A stretch of 47,603 nucleotides of DNA from an uncultured Candidatus Saccharibacteria bacterium (GTDB lineage: Bacteria; Patescibacteriota; Dojkabacteria; SC72). The translations under genes were made by a program, and so were the position numbers. The DNA lies in contig CAYVNA010000004.1 in NCBI GenBank assembly GCA_964452735.1, forward strand, positions 1-47,603. The letters are read 5' to 3'. Shown in pieces: positions 1-9,148 of the stretch. The stretch's first letter is position 1; every line of letters starts with the position of its first letter. The notes beneath the pieces are model-generated. The model saw only the letters and a program-made list of their open reading frames with translations. It was not told where the DNA came from and did not search any database.

Positions 1-52
1 GAGCAAACGGCTGTTAACCGTTCGGTTCCAGGTTCGAATCCTGGTCGCGGAG
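1..52 (+). tRNA. tRNA-Asn (anticodon GUU), 3' portion only; the 5' end is off the window
   Basis: Anticodon stem AACGG/CCGTT with loop CTGTTAA (GTT at positions 34-36). T arm CCAGG-TTCGAAT-CCTGG. Acceptor 3' strand TCGCGGA plus discriminator G. No encoded CCA. Confidence 0.8.
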
Positions 53-74
53 TTTCTAGTATAATTTCCCTATT

Positions 75-500
75 ATGATAGATATTAAACAAAAACTCTC
101 AGAATTATCCCTAAATCCAGGAAATTCAATAGTCATTGGCTCAGGAATACTTAATGCACTTAATATAAGGGAAAGTCATGATATTGATGTTGTCGTTAAC
201 TCTGCAACATATAACAGACTCAAATTGAACCCCCAATTTACAATTGCTCAACCATTAGGCTTAGATGTTCTACAATATGATGTTTATGAAATTAGCAAGT
301 ATTGGAATATGAGAGATATGAATAAAGCCTATACATTTGAAGAGATCTTTGAGAATTCAGTTGTAATAGATGAAGTAAGATATATTTCATTAGAGTTTCT
401 ACTAAAAGTAAAAAGATTCTGGATTACGGGTAAAAATCCAAGAGGGAAAGACATAAAGGATATAGAGATTATTGAGAATTATATCAAATCTAATAGATAA
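75..500 (+). CDS. Small nucleotidyltransferase-fold protein (minimal NTase, Pol-beta superfamily)
   Basis: 141-aa ORF. N-terminal GSGILNALNIRESHDIDVVV fits the G[SG]-x9-13-[DE]h[DE]h NTase signature. TATAAT at 60-65 lies just upstream. Confidence 0.6.
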   Translation: MIDIKQKLSELSLNPGNSIVIGSGILNALNIRESHDIDVVVNSATYNRLKLNPQFTIAQPLGLDVLQYDVYEISKYWNMRDMNKAYTFEEIFENSVVIDEVRYISLEFLLKVKRFWITGKNPRGKDIKDIEIIENYIKSNR

Positions 501-558
501 TTGACCTTCCCTGTATCGATTGCTAGAAGATCTAAACTAGAAATTGTATAATCTAGAT

Positions 559-1395
559 ATGCAAACAGACATCTCAGACCCTAGTGAGACAGGAGGAGAG
601 AAAAACCAGAGATTAGAAAAAATCATATCAGAGCTAGAAATCCTTGATTACCAGGGGATAAAGGATAATGCCTTCGATTATTCAAGTGATGAAGGTGTGG
701 GAGAGTTTATTCCCCAGATAAAAGAGTTATCTAAAGAAATCCCTGGAAAGATTAGAACAGCCCTCATTATTGGTGGTGGACCTATATGGAATATACCAAA
801 GACATTAGATAATATAGACTTAATCATCTCTTTAGATATAAATAAAGAACAATTAGAACGGAACAAATTACGCAAACAAGAAATATTGTCTGCAGAATAT
901 ACTCAAGACCTATTTCCAAAACCAAATCAAAATATTGATAATAAGGACATTGTCAGTTTGGCTCAAGAGAGAATGAGACTCAAAGCTCCACATATTGAAA
1001 TAGATTCTTATGGTGATTATCATTATTTATATTCAGAGGAAGAGCTTAGAAGGACAAAGGACTTCCTCAGAACGGCTAAAATAGCCTATGTGTGTGGTGA
1101 TATATCAGATAAAGATTTCACTACCCAATTTGGCAATATATTGAATAAAAATGGAGTTAATATTGTCTTTGCTGATTTCTCCAATGTTGGTGAGTGGGTA
1201 TGTGGATCACATCCAGATATGCTCAAAAGAGATACTTTAATAAGTTCTTTAAATTTGATCCCCATAGACAGTAAGTGCCCAATACTACATTCAGAAAGTA
1301 TTGGAAGGGTCGGAAGATCTCCTATTTATTCACGATTAAGCATTGGTGTTAAACAATATGGAGAAAGCATAATGTCTAAATTGATCCGATATTGA
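559..1395 (+). CDS. Hypothetical protein, possibly Rossmann-like (IIGGGP)
   Basis: The ORF is open from TTG 544. I prefer ATG 559 because TATAAT (547-552) sits 6 nt upstream. I recognise no family. Confidence 0.55.
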   Translation: MQTDISDPSETGGEKNQRLEKIISELEILDYQGIKDNAFDYSSDEGVGEFIPQIKELSKEIPGKIRTALIIGGGPIWNIPKTLDNIDLIISLDINKEQLERNKLRKQEILSAEYTQDLFPKPNQNIDNKDIVSLAQERMRLKAPHIEIDSYGDYHYLYSEEELRRTKDFLRTAKIAYVCGDISDKDFTTQFGNILNKNGVNIVFADFSNVGEWVCGSHPDMLKRDTLISSLNLIPIDSKCPILHSESIGRVGRSPIYSRLSIGVKQYGESIMSKLIRY

Positions 1396-1399
1396 TACC

Positions 1400-1960
1400 A
1401 TGGAAAAAGATATAAAAGAGATTTCAGAAAATTTCTGTAATATATTAAACAAATTCCCAGAGGTAAGATATGCTGGGGACAAAGTACTTAGAGAAGAAAC
1501 AGAGGATGTCACCGTAAAAGAGGGCATAGCTATTGGGAAAAAATTAGGTGGAATATTAATGAGATACAGAAAAGAAGTTGGATATGGAAGAGGCTTTGCA
1601 GCTCCACAAATAGGTATAAACAAGTCTGTGTTTGTAACTTTTACTGATGATAAATTAAATACTTTCATCAACCCAAAGATTGTAGAAAGATCAAGTACTA
1701 CAAATTATTACAAAGAACTATGTCTTAGTTCTGGAATAATGGCTACAGATGTAGAAAGACCCGAATGGATAGTTATGGAATGGATAGATGTTGATGGTAG
1801 CTCTAAAAGAGAAAGATTTGATGGTTTCTTAGCAAGGTTGTATCAACACGAAGAGGATCATCTTAGAGGAATACTCAATTTAGATAAAGCATGTGATGGA
1901 GGTATAGGGTTTGCAACTTTCGATCCTTTAGAGGAAAAGATCAGAGAGAGTAGAGAATAA
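1400..1960 (+). CDS. def: Peptide deformylase
   Basis: Three PDF motifs are present: GFAAPQIG (motif 1), ELCLS (EGCLS variant, motif 2) and QHEEDHL (HExxH, motif 3). Confidence 0.9.
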   Translation: MEKDIKEISENFCNILNKFPEVRYAGDKVLREETEDVTVKEGIAIGKKLGGILMRYRKEVGYGRGFAAPQIGINKSVFVTFTDDKLNTFINPKIVERSSTTNYYKELCLSSGIMATDVERPEWIVMEWIDVDGSSKRERFDGFLARLYQHEEDHLRGILNLDKACDGGIGFATFDPLEEKIRESRE

Positions 1961-2017
1961 GTTGTTTTTAATATTAAACCTCCTGTTTAGTAATGTGTCA
2001 TATATGCGGAGTTTCTC

Positions 2018-2698
2018 TTACTCAATCCTTTTCCCTTCTATCAATAAGGTATCACAGTAAAAATCATATGGAGGATTAGCTTCACTTTCATTAGAATAGA
2101 CCTTCTCTCCATCTACAAATAGTATCTCAAAATTTGGGAATGCTTCCTTCACTATTTGAACAGCCTTCTCCCTATCATACAAAGGCTCCGTACCAAAGAC
2201 TACTGATTCTCCAGTTGGAGAGACTCTTCGAATATTAATAGCCCATTCCAAAGCTATATATCCTCCTACTTTTAATATCCTAGATATTTCTCTTGCAATA
2301 TTCATTAATACTTCCTCGGGAAAAAGGTAGAGAGTTCCAGAACTAAATAAACCATCATAATGATCACTATCTAGAGGAAATGGCTTTACAATATTAAAAG
2401 ATTTGAGTATTAACTTACTCTGGATATCTTTTGGAGTATTATCATATAGCTTTTGTAATGCTCCCTCATCAATATCTACATCTGTTACCTCACTAGCAAT
2501 TTGGGCAATAAGGGTATTATACCTCCCATCTCCTGAAGCAAGGTTTACCCAATTACTATCTTGCTTAACTAATCTTTTCAGCATGTCTTTTGTGGAAGAA
2601 TCTTCTTCTCCCCATATAGAACTCTTAGATGTTTTTGAATAATCTATTCCCTCTGTAAATATGTACTTGCTTTCATCTGCTAATAAAGGTTTTGTCAT
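2018..2698 (-). CDS. Class I SAM-dependent methyltransferase
   Basis: Motif I-like VNLASGDGRY followed by acidic VTDVDID. Later LKVGGYIAL is typical of the Methyltransf_11/25 fold. Confidence 0.75.
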   Translation of the reverse strand: MTKPLLADESKYIFTEGIDYSKTSKSSIWGEEDSSTKDMLKRLVKQDSNWVNLASGDGRYNTLIAQIASEVTDVDIDEGALQKLYDNTPKDIQSKLILKSFNIVKPFPLDSDHYDGLFSSGTLYLFPEEVLMNIAREISRILKVGGYIALEWAINIRRVSPTGESVVFGTEPLYDREKAVQIVKEAFPNFEILFVDGEKVYSNESEANPPYDFYCDTLLIEGKRIE

Positions 2699-2808
2699 AT
2701 AGATAATATATAACTAATTTATAAAAGATTATACAATAAACCACTCATACTAAATTCTCATACTATTTTTATGCTATTATTAATGAATATTTCATTCACA
2801 TTTCATAT

Positions 2809-3375
2809 ATGAAAAAGAAAACCATATCCCTCTGTATGATTACACTTAACGAAGAAAACTTCTTAGATACATCCCTTAAGAATGTAAAAGAGTATGTAGA
2901 TGAAATAATTATTGTTGATGGAGGATCAAAAGATAGTACAGTTGAAATAGCAAATAGGTATGGTGCAAAGGTATATACTCATAAATGGGAAGATGATTTC
3001 GGAAAACAAAGAAACTATTCACTTAAGTATGCAACAAAGGAATGGATATTACTAATAGATGCAGATGAGATATATGAGGAGAGTGTCTTAGAGAACCTAC
3101 AACTATTTGCTAACAATAATATTGGGATAGATATATTTGCCTTCCCAAGAAAGAACTATATAGATGGAAAGCTAACAGATGCATATCCAGATAAACAGTT
3201 TCGGTTTTTCAAAAACAATATTGGTATAAAATATATAAACAAAGTCCATGAAATGCCAGTAGGATATAAGATGGTAGGATACCCAACAGATATGCATATT
3301 ATTCATAAGAAGACATCACAAAGACAGAAATTACAAAATCAGAAATATGATGAAATTATAAATAGAGAGAAGTAA
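2809..3375 (+). CDS. Family 2 glycosyltransferase
   Basis: ISLCMITLNEENFL...IIIVDGGSKDSTVEIA...LLIDADE is the classic GT2 N-terminal pattern with a DxD-like DADE. Confidence 0.85.
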   Translation: MKKKTISLCMITLNEENFLDTSLKNVKEYVDEIIIVDGGSKDSTVEIANRYGAKVYTHKWEDDFGKQRNYSLKYATKEWILLIDADEIYEESVLENLQLFANNNIGIDIFAFPRKNYIDGKLTDAYPDKQFRFFKNNIGIKYINKVHEMPVGYKMVGYPTDMHIIHKKTSQRQKLQNQKYDEIINREK

Positions 3376-3461
3376 TGCTAAGCTAATACCCTACTCTCTT
3401 CCAATACATCTTTTGTGCTTGCAAAATCCGAAAGAATCTCTAGAAAAGAAACACTATACTT

Positions 3462-3851
3462 TTAATTTGGAGACTTTACATTATTAGGAAAGAGAAACTT
3501 TATAATGATCAGGGGCATAAGTAAAATATTTGCAAGACCACCCGTAATTATGATCTTTAGGAACCACTCGTCCTCATAAACAAGATAATTACACCCAACA
3601 AGAATCGTTAAGATGCCCTCAAATGCGACTATCGCACAGAGAATAATTTTGAAAATAGTAGACCAACTAGCTCTCATCTTCAAAACATCCACCTGCTCTT
3701 TCAAAAGGAGTTGATACCTGGCTGATTGGAAAGATCGATCGTCGAAAGCTTCCTCACTTATAGGTCTGGATTCATGAGCAAGGATATTCCTTAATTCTAA
3801 TAACTCTTTATATTCGGCAGTTTTCTTTTTGACAACTGCACGAGACATCAA
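3462..3851 (-). CDS. Small membrane protein: N-terminal helical region with an RNxxAH (Rx4H, HEPN-like) motif plus a C-terminal hydrophobic two-TM block
   Basis: 129-aa ORF. ELRNILAHE lies at residues 19-27. Two long hydrophobic segments: IFKIILCAIVAFEGILTILVG and LKIIITGGLANILLMPLIIIKFLF. Its start (TTG 3851 or ATG 3848) overlaps the TGA stop of the upstream ImmA-like gene. Confidence 0.6.
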   Translation of the reverse strand: MMSRAVVKKKTAEYKELLELRNILAHESRPISEEAFDDRSFQSARYQLLLKEQVDVLKMRASWSTIFKIILCAIVAFEGILTILVGCNYLVYEDEWFLKIIITGGLANILLMPLIIIKFLFPNNVKSPN

Positions 3852-4330
3852 TATTTATTTCTGAAACTTAATAATTTCGTAGGAACACCAAAGATCTTTG
3901 CCTTTATACTATCAGGAACATCCCTGTATGTTTCTAACATTTGACGAGGAGTTAATAAACAAGCTGCAAAGGTATTCGCTTCTCTCTCTTCTGGAGAAGT
4001 ATCATTCAGCTCCTCCGCCCTAAATAGGACTTGATAAAAAGAGGAATCTTTATTGAACTTCTCACTATGTAAAACAAAATGACCCAATTCGTGAGCAATA
4101 GAGAAAGCTTTCTTCCGGCTACTATCTTTAGAATTAATTATTATCTCCCTGTTTTTGAAATCCAAGAAACCGGCCACCTTAGAAAACTTCTCAGGCATTT
4201 CTATTTGTGTAACTGTAACTCCCAAATATTCAGCGATATCTAAAGGATCTACTGGCGGATTTTTTATGTTTAATTGAGAGATCAAAGCATGTGCTTCCTC
4301 AGAAGCTCTAATATAATTAGGTCTTTTCAT
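3848..4330 (-). CDS. ImmA/IrrE-family (DUF955/COG2856) zinc metallopeptidase
   Basis: HELGHFVLH (HExxH) followed by EREANTFAACLLTP, the diagnostic ImmA/IrrE arrangement. Confidence 0.85.
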   Translation of the reverse strand: MKRPNYIRASEEAHALISQLNIKNPPVDPLDIAEYLGVTVTQIEMPEKFSKVAGFLDFKNREIIINSKDSSRKKAFSIAHELGHFVLHSEKFNKDSSFYQVLFRAEELNDTSPEEREANTFAACLLTPRQMLETYRDVPDSIKAKIFGVPTKLLSFRNKY

Positions 4331-4379
4331 TCTTTAGTATCTAACAAAAAAGAAAGAAATTCAAGAAAATAAACTCTAT

Positions 4380-4598
4380 TTATTCCCTTATTTTCCATAA
4401 AACACCTAAAGCAACAACAAAGGAAAGAAGATTAAAAACAGCTAAAATTGTTAAATTACCTAAGAAGCCATCTATAACTAACAATAAAGCTCCTAAAGAA
4501 TAAGATAAGAGGAAACCCTTCTTAATATCCTTTCCCTTAGAAAGGAACTGTATTCCCCAACCAATTATGATAAATGATAGACCAATATAGGTAATCAT
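4380..4598 (-). CDS. Small two/three-TM membrane protein
   Basis: 72-aa ORF, almost entirely hydrophobic, on the same strand as its neighbours. Confidence 0.5.
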   Translation of the reverse strand: MITYIGLSFIIIGWGIQFLSKGKDIKKGFLLSYSLGALLLVIDGFLGNLTILAVFNLLSFVVALGVLWKIRE

Positions 4599-4661
4599 AT
4601 TATTTAAACTTAATTTAATAATTAAGTATTAAATATTTTTTATATAAGGGCAAGAAAACAC

Positions 4662-5723
4662 CTATATTTTAAAAACCTCATTGTATTCATCCTCTGTTAT
4701 AAATGGTTTTATAGCAGACTTAAAGTCTTCTAAGGACAAACCTAGATCACCAACTGCTCTCTTTATAGCATTAGAAACCTTCACCTTCTCAGAATTTGGT
4801 AATATCTTCGCAACTTGAATCATTCTAACAAACCAGCCAGTGGCAGACTTCCCTTCACGGTCAGCCTGACTTCTAATAGCAATAGTGCGATTATCTCTCT
4901 CCATACCCTTCCATTCCTCATCTCCAAACAAAGGACCAACAAAACCATCTTCAGCTTTCAATCCCTCTAAATATTTCTTTGCTTCCTGGAAAGTAAATCC
5001 CTTAGCTATAAATAATAAAGCATAATCCAATTGCTTTGATTCATAGCCATTTCCCTTCTCGATGCTACTCAATGACAAAGCCTGAGTATATGGAAGCTTC
5101 TTCTCATCAACAAGCCTTTGAACCAAAGGATGGATTCCCTCAATATACCTAATAGCATTACTAACTGTATCTACACTCCTTCCAACCTTTCTTGCTAATT
5201 CCACAATTGTCAATTTCTTCCCTTCTTCTTCCCTAAGCTTCTTTAATCTCTCCCAAAAATTATGAATTATATAGGCGTCCTGAGCAGGAGTCATTTTATT
5301 CTGCAAATTTTCAGACATTTGTATTCCAATAATCATTTCTGTGTCTAACATTCTATCCGCAACACTAACTCTAACAGGTAACCTTGTTCCTTCTTCATTT
5401 ATTTGAGTTATAGCTATAGTTCGATGCTGTCCTGCAATTACCCTAACCTTATACAAACCATCTTCATCAACAATAATATCCCCTATACATTCTTGAAGCT
5501 GTCCCTGTTCCTTAATATTCGCCTTTAACACTTCGATAAAGGACTGATCAAAGGGACGAATGTTCTCTGCAAGAACTATTCTATCTACGGGGACGAGGAA
5601 AGTCTCTCTCTTAATAAGTAGAGGATCTGCATTACTAAGAAAAACCTCAAAAGATATTTCGGAAACTGATTTTAATGTTTCATTTTCTACATTCGACATA
5701 CTGTTTCTTTCGGGGAGTGACAA
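4662..5723 (-). CDS. ParB/Srx-family DNA-binding protein (ParB N-terminal domain plus HTH); orphan, no parA nearby
   Basis: VPVDRIVLAENIRP...FIEVLKANIKEQGQLQECIG...YKVIAGQHRTIA matches ParB N-domain grammar, with GQHR in place of GERR. LTIVELARKVGRSVDTVSNAIRYIE is a ParB-type HTH. The start is TTG 5723 or ATG 5699. Confidence 0.75.
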   Translation of the reverse strand: MSLPERNSMSNVENETLKSVSEISFEVFLSNADPLLIKRETFLVPVDRIVLAENIRPFDQSFIEVLKANIKEQGQLQECIGDIIVDEDGLYKVRVIAGQHRTIAITQINEEGTRLPVRVSVADRMLDTEMIIGIQMSENLQNKMTPAQDAYIIHNFWERLKKLREEEGKKLTIVELARKVGRSVDTVSNAIRYIEGIHPLVQRLVDEKKLPYTQALSLSSIEKGNGYESKQLDYALLFIAKGFTFQEAKKYLEGLKAEDGFVGPLFGDEEWKGMERDNRTIAIRSQADREGKSATGWFVRMIQVAKILPNSEKVKVSNAIKRAVGDLGLSLEDFKSAIKPFITEDEYNEVFKI

Positions 5724-5767
5724 ATATCTTATACCAAATTAAAACCACTATCAACTGTATCCTCTCA

Positions 5768-5796
5768 TTGACTCCATATATTATTAGGACTAGAAT
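5768..5796 (+). promoter_or_regulatory. Candidate sigma70-type promoter: TTGACT, 17-nt spacer, TAGAAT
   Basis: TTGACT at 5768-5773, a 17-nt spacer, TAGAAT at 5791-5796. ATG at 5802 is only 5 nt downstream of the -10. Confidence 0.4.
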
Positions 5797-5801
5797 TAAT
5801 T

Positions 5802-6107
5802 ATGACTAAGAATCCCATATACAATGCACTTGCTGCAACAGTATATATTGTTCTGGTTGTTTTCATAATGAACTATACTTCAAATAATACCTCTACAGAG
5901 GACTATTTCTTAATGCCAATTATGATCATATCCCTATTTACACTATCTGCAGCTATCATGGCATACATATTCATGTACCAACCTGTGATAATGTACCTTG
6001 AAGGAAAAAAGAAAGAAGCTATTGACCTATTCTTCAAAACCATAGCTACCTTCTCAATAGTTCCCATCAGTATAGCAATGCTATACATTTTGAATATTTT
6101 AAATTAA
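5802..6107 (+). CDS. Small integral membrane protein (3 TM)
   Basis: 101-aa hydrophobic ORF with the candidate promoter directly upstream. Confidence 0.6.
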   Translation: MTKNPIYNALAATVYIVLVVFIMNYTSNNTSTEDYFLMPIMIISLFTLSAAIMAYIFMYQPVIMYLEGKKKEAIDLFFKTIATFSIVPISIAMLYILNILN

Positions 6108-6117
6108 TAGTAATACT

Positions 6118-6432
6118 ATGAAAAAATTTCTTCATTGGTTACCAAGGATTCTTTCAGTCATATTCATCCTCTTCATTAGCATATTTGCTTTGGACACATT
6201 AGAAGATCCACAATGGTATATTGCTCTTCCCATACACTTGATACCAAGCTTTATTCTTCTAGCAGTAATTATTTTGTCTTGGAAAAACCAAAAATTTGGA
6301 GGGATATCCTTCATCCTCTATGGAATCGGGATCTTTTTCTTTACTAACATGCAAGGATACATATTAGCAATTCCTAGTGTTGTGATAGGTGCACTTTTTC
6401 TTTTGGATAGAGAGAAAAATAATAGGTCTTGA
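6118..6432 (+). CDS. Small integral membrane protein (3-4 TM)
   Basis: 104-aa hydrophobic ORF, 10 nt after the preceding gene. Confidence 0.6.
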   Translation: MKKFLHWLPRILSVIFILFISIFALDTLEDPQWYIALPIHLIPSFILLAVIILSWKNQKFGGISFILYGIGIFFFTNMQGYILAIPSVVIGALFLLDREKNNRS

Positions 6433-6487
6433 AACAATCATCTTCCTCATAGTATAAATACTGATTAAATTACAAACCATCAGCACC

Positions 6488-6934
6488 ATGTACCTATACT
6501 TGAAAGAGAAACTAGAGAAAGTAAATCTCGGAATAAACTGGAGATATCTAGCAAGTGCCCCATTCATATATGCAATGTTCTTCCCTTCTTTAATATTCAA
6601 CATATGCTTAGAAATATATCACCAGGTATGTTTCCGCCTATATGGAATACCCCTTGTTAATAGCAAAGAATATTTCATATATGACAGACAATTCCTTGAA
6701 ATGCTTAACTACTGGGAGAAATTTAATTGCATCTATTGTAGCTATGTAAACAACCTCATAAGGTATGCTGCAGAAATAGCTGGTAGGACGGAGAGATACT
6801 GGTGTCCACTTAAATATCACAAAAAGATAAAAGGATCTCATTCCCAATATCCCAAGTTCATAGAAGAAGAAAACTGCTCTGACATGAGAGAAAAGTGGGA
6901 AGATCTTAAAGACTTCTCCGATATACAGGAATAA
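6488..6934 (+). CDS. Hypothetical protein with an N-terminal hydrophobic hairpin and a Cys cluster (CxxC...C)
   Basis: 148-aa ORF containing NCIYCSYVNNLIRYAAEIAGRTERYWCPLKYH. No family recognised with confidence. Confidence 0.55.
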   Translation: MYLYLKEKLEKVNLGINWRYLASAPFIYAMFFPSLIFNICLEIYHQVCFRLYGIPLVNSKEYFIYDRQFLEMLNYWEKFNCIYCSYVNNLIRYAAEIAGRTERYWCPLKYHKKIKGSHSQYPKFIEEENCSDMREKWEDLKDFSDIQE

Positions 6935-6958
6935 AGAGATCTGCTATCATATTTACTA

Positions 6959-9070
6959 ATGAAAAATGTTAAAAAGATACCCAAGTATTACATATCTCTC
7001 TTAATCGCTTTTCTTCTCCTTACAATTACAACTGTCCTCTATATCAACATTCTCCGAATTACAAAATTAGCAAATGAAAAACCTCAGGATTTGGTATTTG
7101 CAAACATTTCAACTGTAGAGACAAAGATATACTGGAAAAGCAATACGGAAACAATATACAGAATCTCATACAAACCCAAAAGAGATACTGGATTATTTAA
7201 GACAATATATGACTATTCAATATATACAGATAATGTAAAAAAACAAAGGGTATATGAGATTCCGCTATCAGAGTTAATTCCCGAAACAGAATATATCTTA
7301 AGAGTAGAGGATGAGAATTCTAGGTGGAAAGAAGAGTATACCTTTTCCACAAGAAGCATTGCTGAAGAAATAGATATACCAAATATACAAACAGGTACTA
7401 GTTCCATTATGTCCTTCCTGCTTGTTGATATTGATGGTGATATGTATATGCTTGATACACAGTACCATGGGACATGGGCATTTGATTCAAAAGGAAAGGA
7501 ATATACTACAAGAAGATATTCCACATACATTACAAATACTGAACTATCAGCAAGCCTAAATGACCTACTAATCACTCCACTATATGCTGCATCTGGAGCC
7601 AACTGCAAAACAGGAATCAAAGTAAATGATACTTCATACACTCCATCAAAAGACAAGGTTGTAGATATTCTAAAAAGATTTGTTTCTGGATGTCCAGAGG
7701 GTACATACGCTCAACAATGCTATGAAGATGTATATTGCAGATCGATAAAAGCAGGTGTAGATCCAGCATTTGCCATTACAATATGGACCAATGAGTCTGG
7801 AGGAAGTAATTATGCATATCGACCTAGGGTTGGAGATTTCGGTATAGCCAACGAAAGTATTGTTCCATACAGTGATTTTGACAAACAACTCTCCCAGTTT
7901 CTTAAAATAGTATCTGATCCATCATATATACAAAACTGTTCTAAAGATAGTAACTATTCCGCAACTGTAAAATGGGGAGCCAAGTTCTTAACAGGAGACT
8001 GTAATTCAACAGCCAATTTGGAGAAAGGAAGGGAATATATGTCTAGTATATCCAATATATACAAATGGTATAACAGTACAAGGCTCCCACTATGGCCATT
8101 TAACACAACACCTAATTCAAATATATGTGATTACTCCAATGCTAAGACAAATACAACATATAATTCTTGCACAGCACAAGGCTCTTCCAACACATCACCT
8201 TCTAATAGTGAAAGTGATACTCCAAAAGAGAGTAAAACTAATGTACCCACTGGTGGAGATGGTATAAAGGACTATATGATCGTATCTGGTTCTGGAGTTA
8301 CTCCTAAAGATAGGAATTGTAAGGATCCAGATGGTTGTATCTGCCTATACAAATATAACTCTAGTTCAGAATCTACTCTCACAATTAAGAATGGATATAC
8401 TTGCACAACAGATAAGAAAGTAATCGTAACCCCTGTTGATCAAAAGGTTTGTTGTCTAAAAGACGATACAGCTTCATACCAACTATTATCAAAATGCGAT
8501 GGGAAAGTTCTGGAAAGTGTAAAAGAGATTGATTGTAAGGTAGTTAATAAAACCATGGAAATAGGCCAAGGAATCAATTTCATAAAGACAAACTATATAC
8601 TGGATACTTCCCCTACAAAACTAGACACAGCATATTCCATTATAAATAGCTCTGTTAACAATATACTTGCAGTCGGATCATTTAGAAATGATACTTGGGA
8701 GAACATAGTGAAGAATGAAAATGGAACGATAAGTGGAGGAGATTTCCCAATATCCTCAGAGAATGTCTATATGATAGTCTCAAAGGAGTCCTTCTCCCTT
8801 CCAGTGTTGTATGTGAAGATGGAACCAAGTGTTAAAATAGATACATTGGTTGGTTGGAACTTAGTACCATCTGAATCTTTTAGTAATGCTGGTAATAATT
8901 CAAAATCAATATTACAAAGCACTCAGTATACAAATGTAAAACAGGTTGCTGTATGGAATAATGGAACAAGTATATTTGATTACACCATAAAGGATAATTC
9001 GGGAAGCATATATGGAGAACAAACCCCTATTAGCAACATAGATGGTATTTTTGTAAAAGTTTCCCAATAA
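6959..9070 (+). CDS. Large membrane-anchored secreted protein: N-terminal TM, FN3-like domain, lysozyme/transglycosylase-like segment, Cys-rich and Asn/Ser/Thr-rich C-terminal region
   Basis: Signal anchor YYISLLIAFLLLTITTVLYI. FN3-like PQDLVFANISTVETKIYWKS...YILRV. PAFAITIWTNESGGSNYA resembles a lysozyme-like catalytic Glu-Ser segment. Many Cys lie between residues 450 and 530. Confidence 0.7.
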   Translation: MKNVKKIPKYYISLLIAFLLLTITTVLYINILRITKLANEKPQDLVFANISTVETKIYWKSNTETIYRISYKPKRDTGLFKTIYDYSIYTDNVKKQRVYEIPLSELIPETEYILRVEDENSRWKEEYTFSTRSIAEEIDIPNIQTGTSSIMSFLLVDIDGDMYMLDTQYHGTWAFDSKGKEYTTRRYSTYITNTELSASLNDLLITPLYAASGANCKTGIKVNDTSYTPSKDKVVDILKRFVSGCPEGTYAQQCYEDVYCRSIKAGVDPAFAITIWTNESGGSNYAYRPRVGDFGIANESIVPYSDFDKQLSQFLKIVSDPSYIQNCSKDSNYSATVKWGAKFLTGDCNSTANLEKGREYMSSISNIYKWYNSTRLPLWPFNTTPNSNICDYSNAKTNTTYNSCTAQGSSNTSPSNSESDTPKESKTNVPTGGDGIKDYMIVSGSGVTPKDRNCKDPDGCICLYKYNSSSESTLTIKNGYTCTTDKKVIVTPVDQKVCCLKDDTASYQLLSKCDGKVLESVKEIDCKVVNKTMEIGQGINFIKTNYILDTSPTKLDTAYSIINSSVNNILAVGSFRNDTWENIVKNENGTISGGDFPISSENVYMIVSKESFSLPVLYVKMEPSVKIDTLVGWNLVPSESFSNAGNNSKSILQSTQYTNVKQVAVWNNGTSIFDYTIKDNSGSIYGEQTPISNIDGIFVKVSQ

Positions 9071-9086
9071 TCAATTCTATATCCTC

Positions 9087-9123
9087 TTGACACACATTAG
9101 CACTCAGTGGTACTATTTGCTAT
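9087..9123 (+). promoter_or_regulatory. Candidate hsp20 promoter (TTGACA, 18 nt, TACTAT) overlapping a degenerate CIRCE-like inverted repeat
   Basis: TTGACA at 9087-9092. TTAGCACTC at 9097-9105 is a perfect CIRCE left arm. After N9, ATTTGCTAT at 9115-9123 matches the right arm GAGTGCTAA at 5 of 9 positions. The TAGCA-N15-TGCTA core and its spacing are preserved. Confidence 0.4.
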
Positions 9124-9148
9124 ATTTAATTTTTAAAGTTGTAAAACT

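Noticed and set aside
2782-2796. AATGAA-TAT-TTCATT palindrome 13 nt upstream of the GT2 gene
   Set aside because: Six-bp A/T-rich arms are expected by chance in DNA this AT-rich, and there is no second copy or associated regulator gene.
1-6000. Genomic island integrated at tRNA-Asn (NTase, methyltransferases, GT2, ImmA-like and ParB-like genes follow the tRNA)
   Set aside because: There is no integrase or recombinase gene. I could not find a direct repeat of the tRNA-Asn 3' end further into the window. The idea is suggestive only and cannot be supported without whole-genome comparison.
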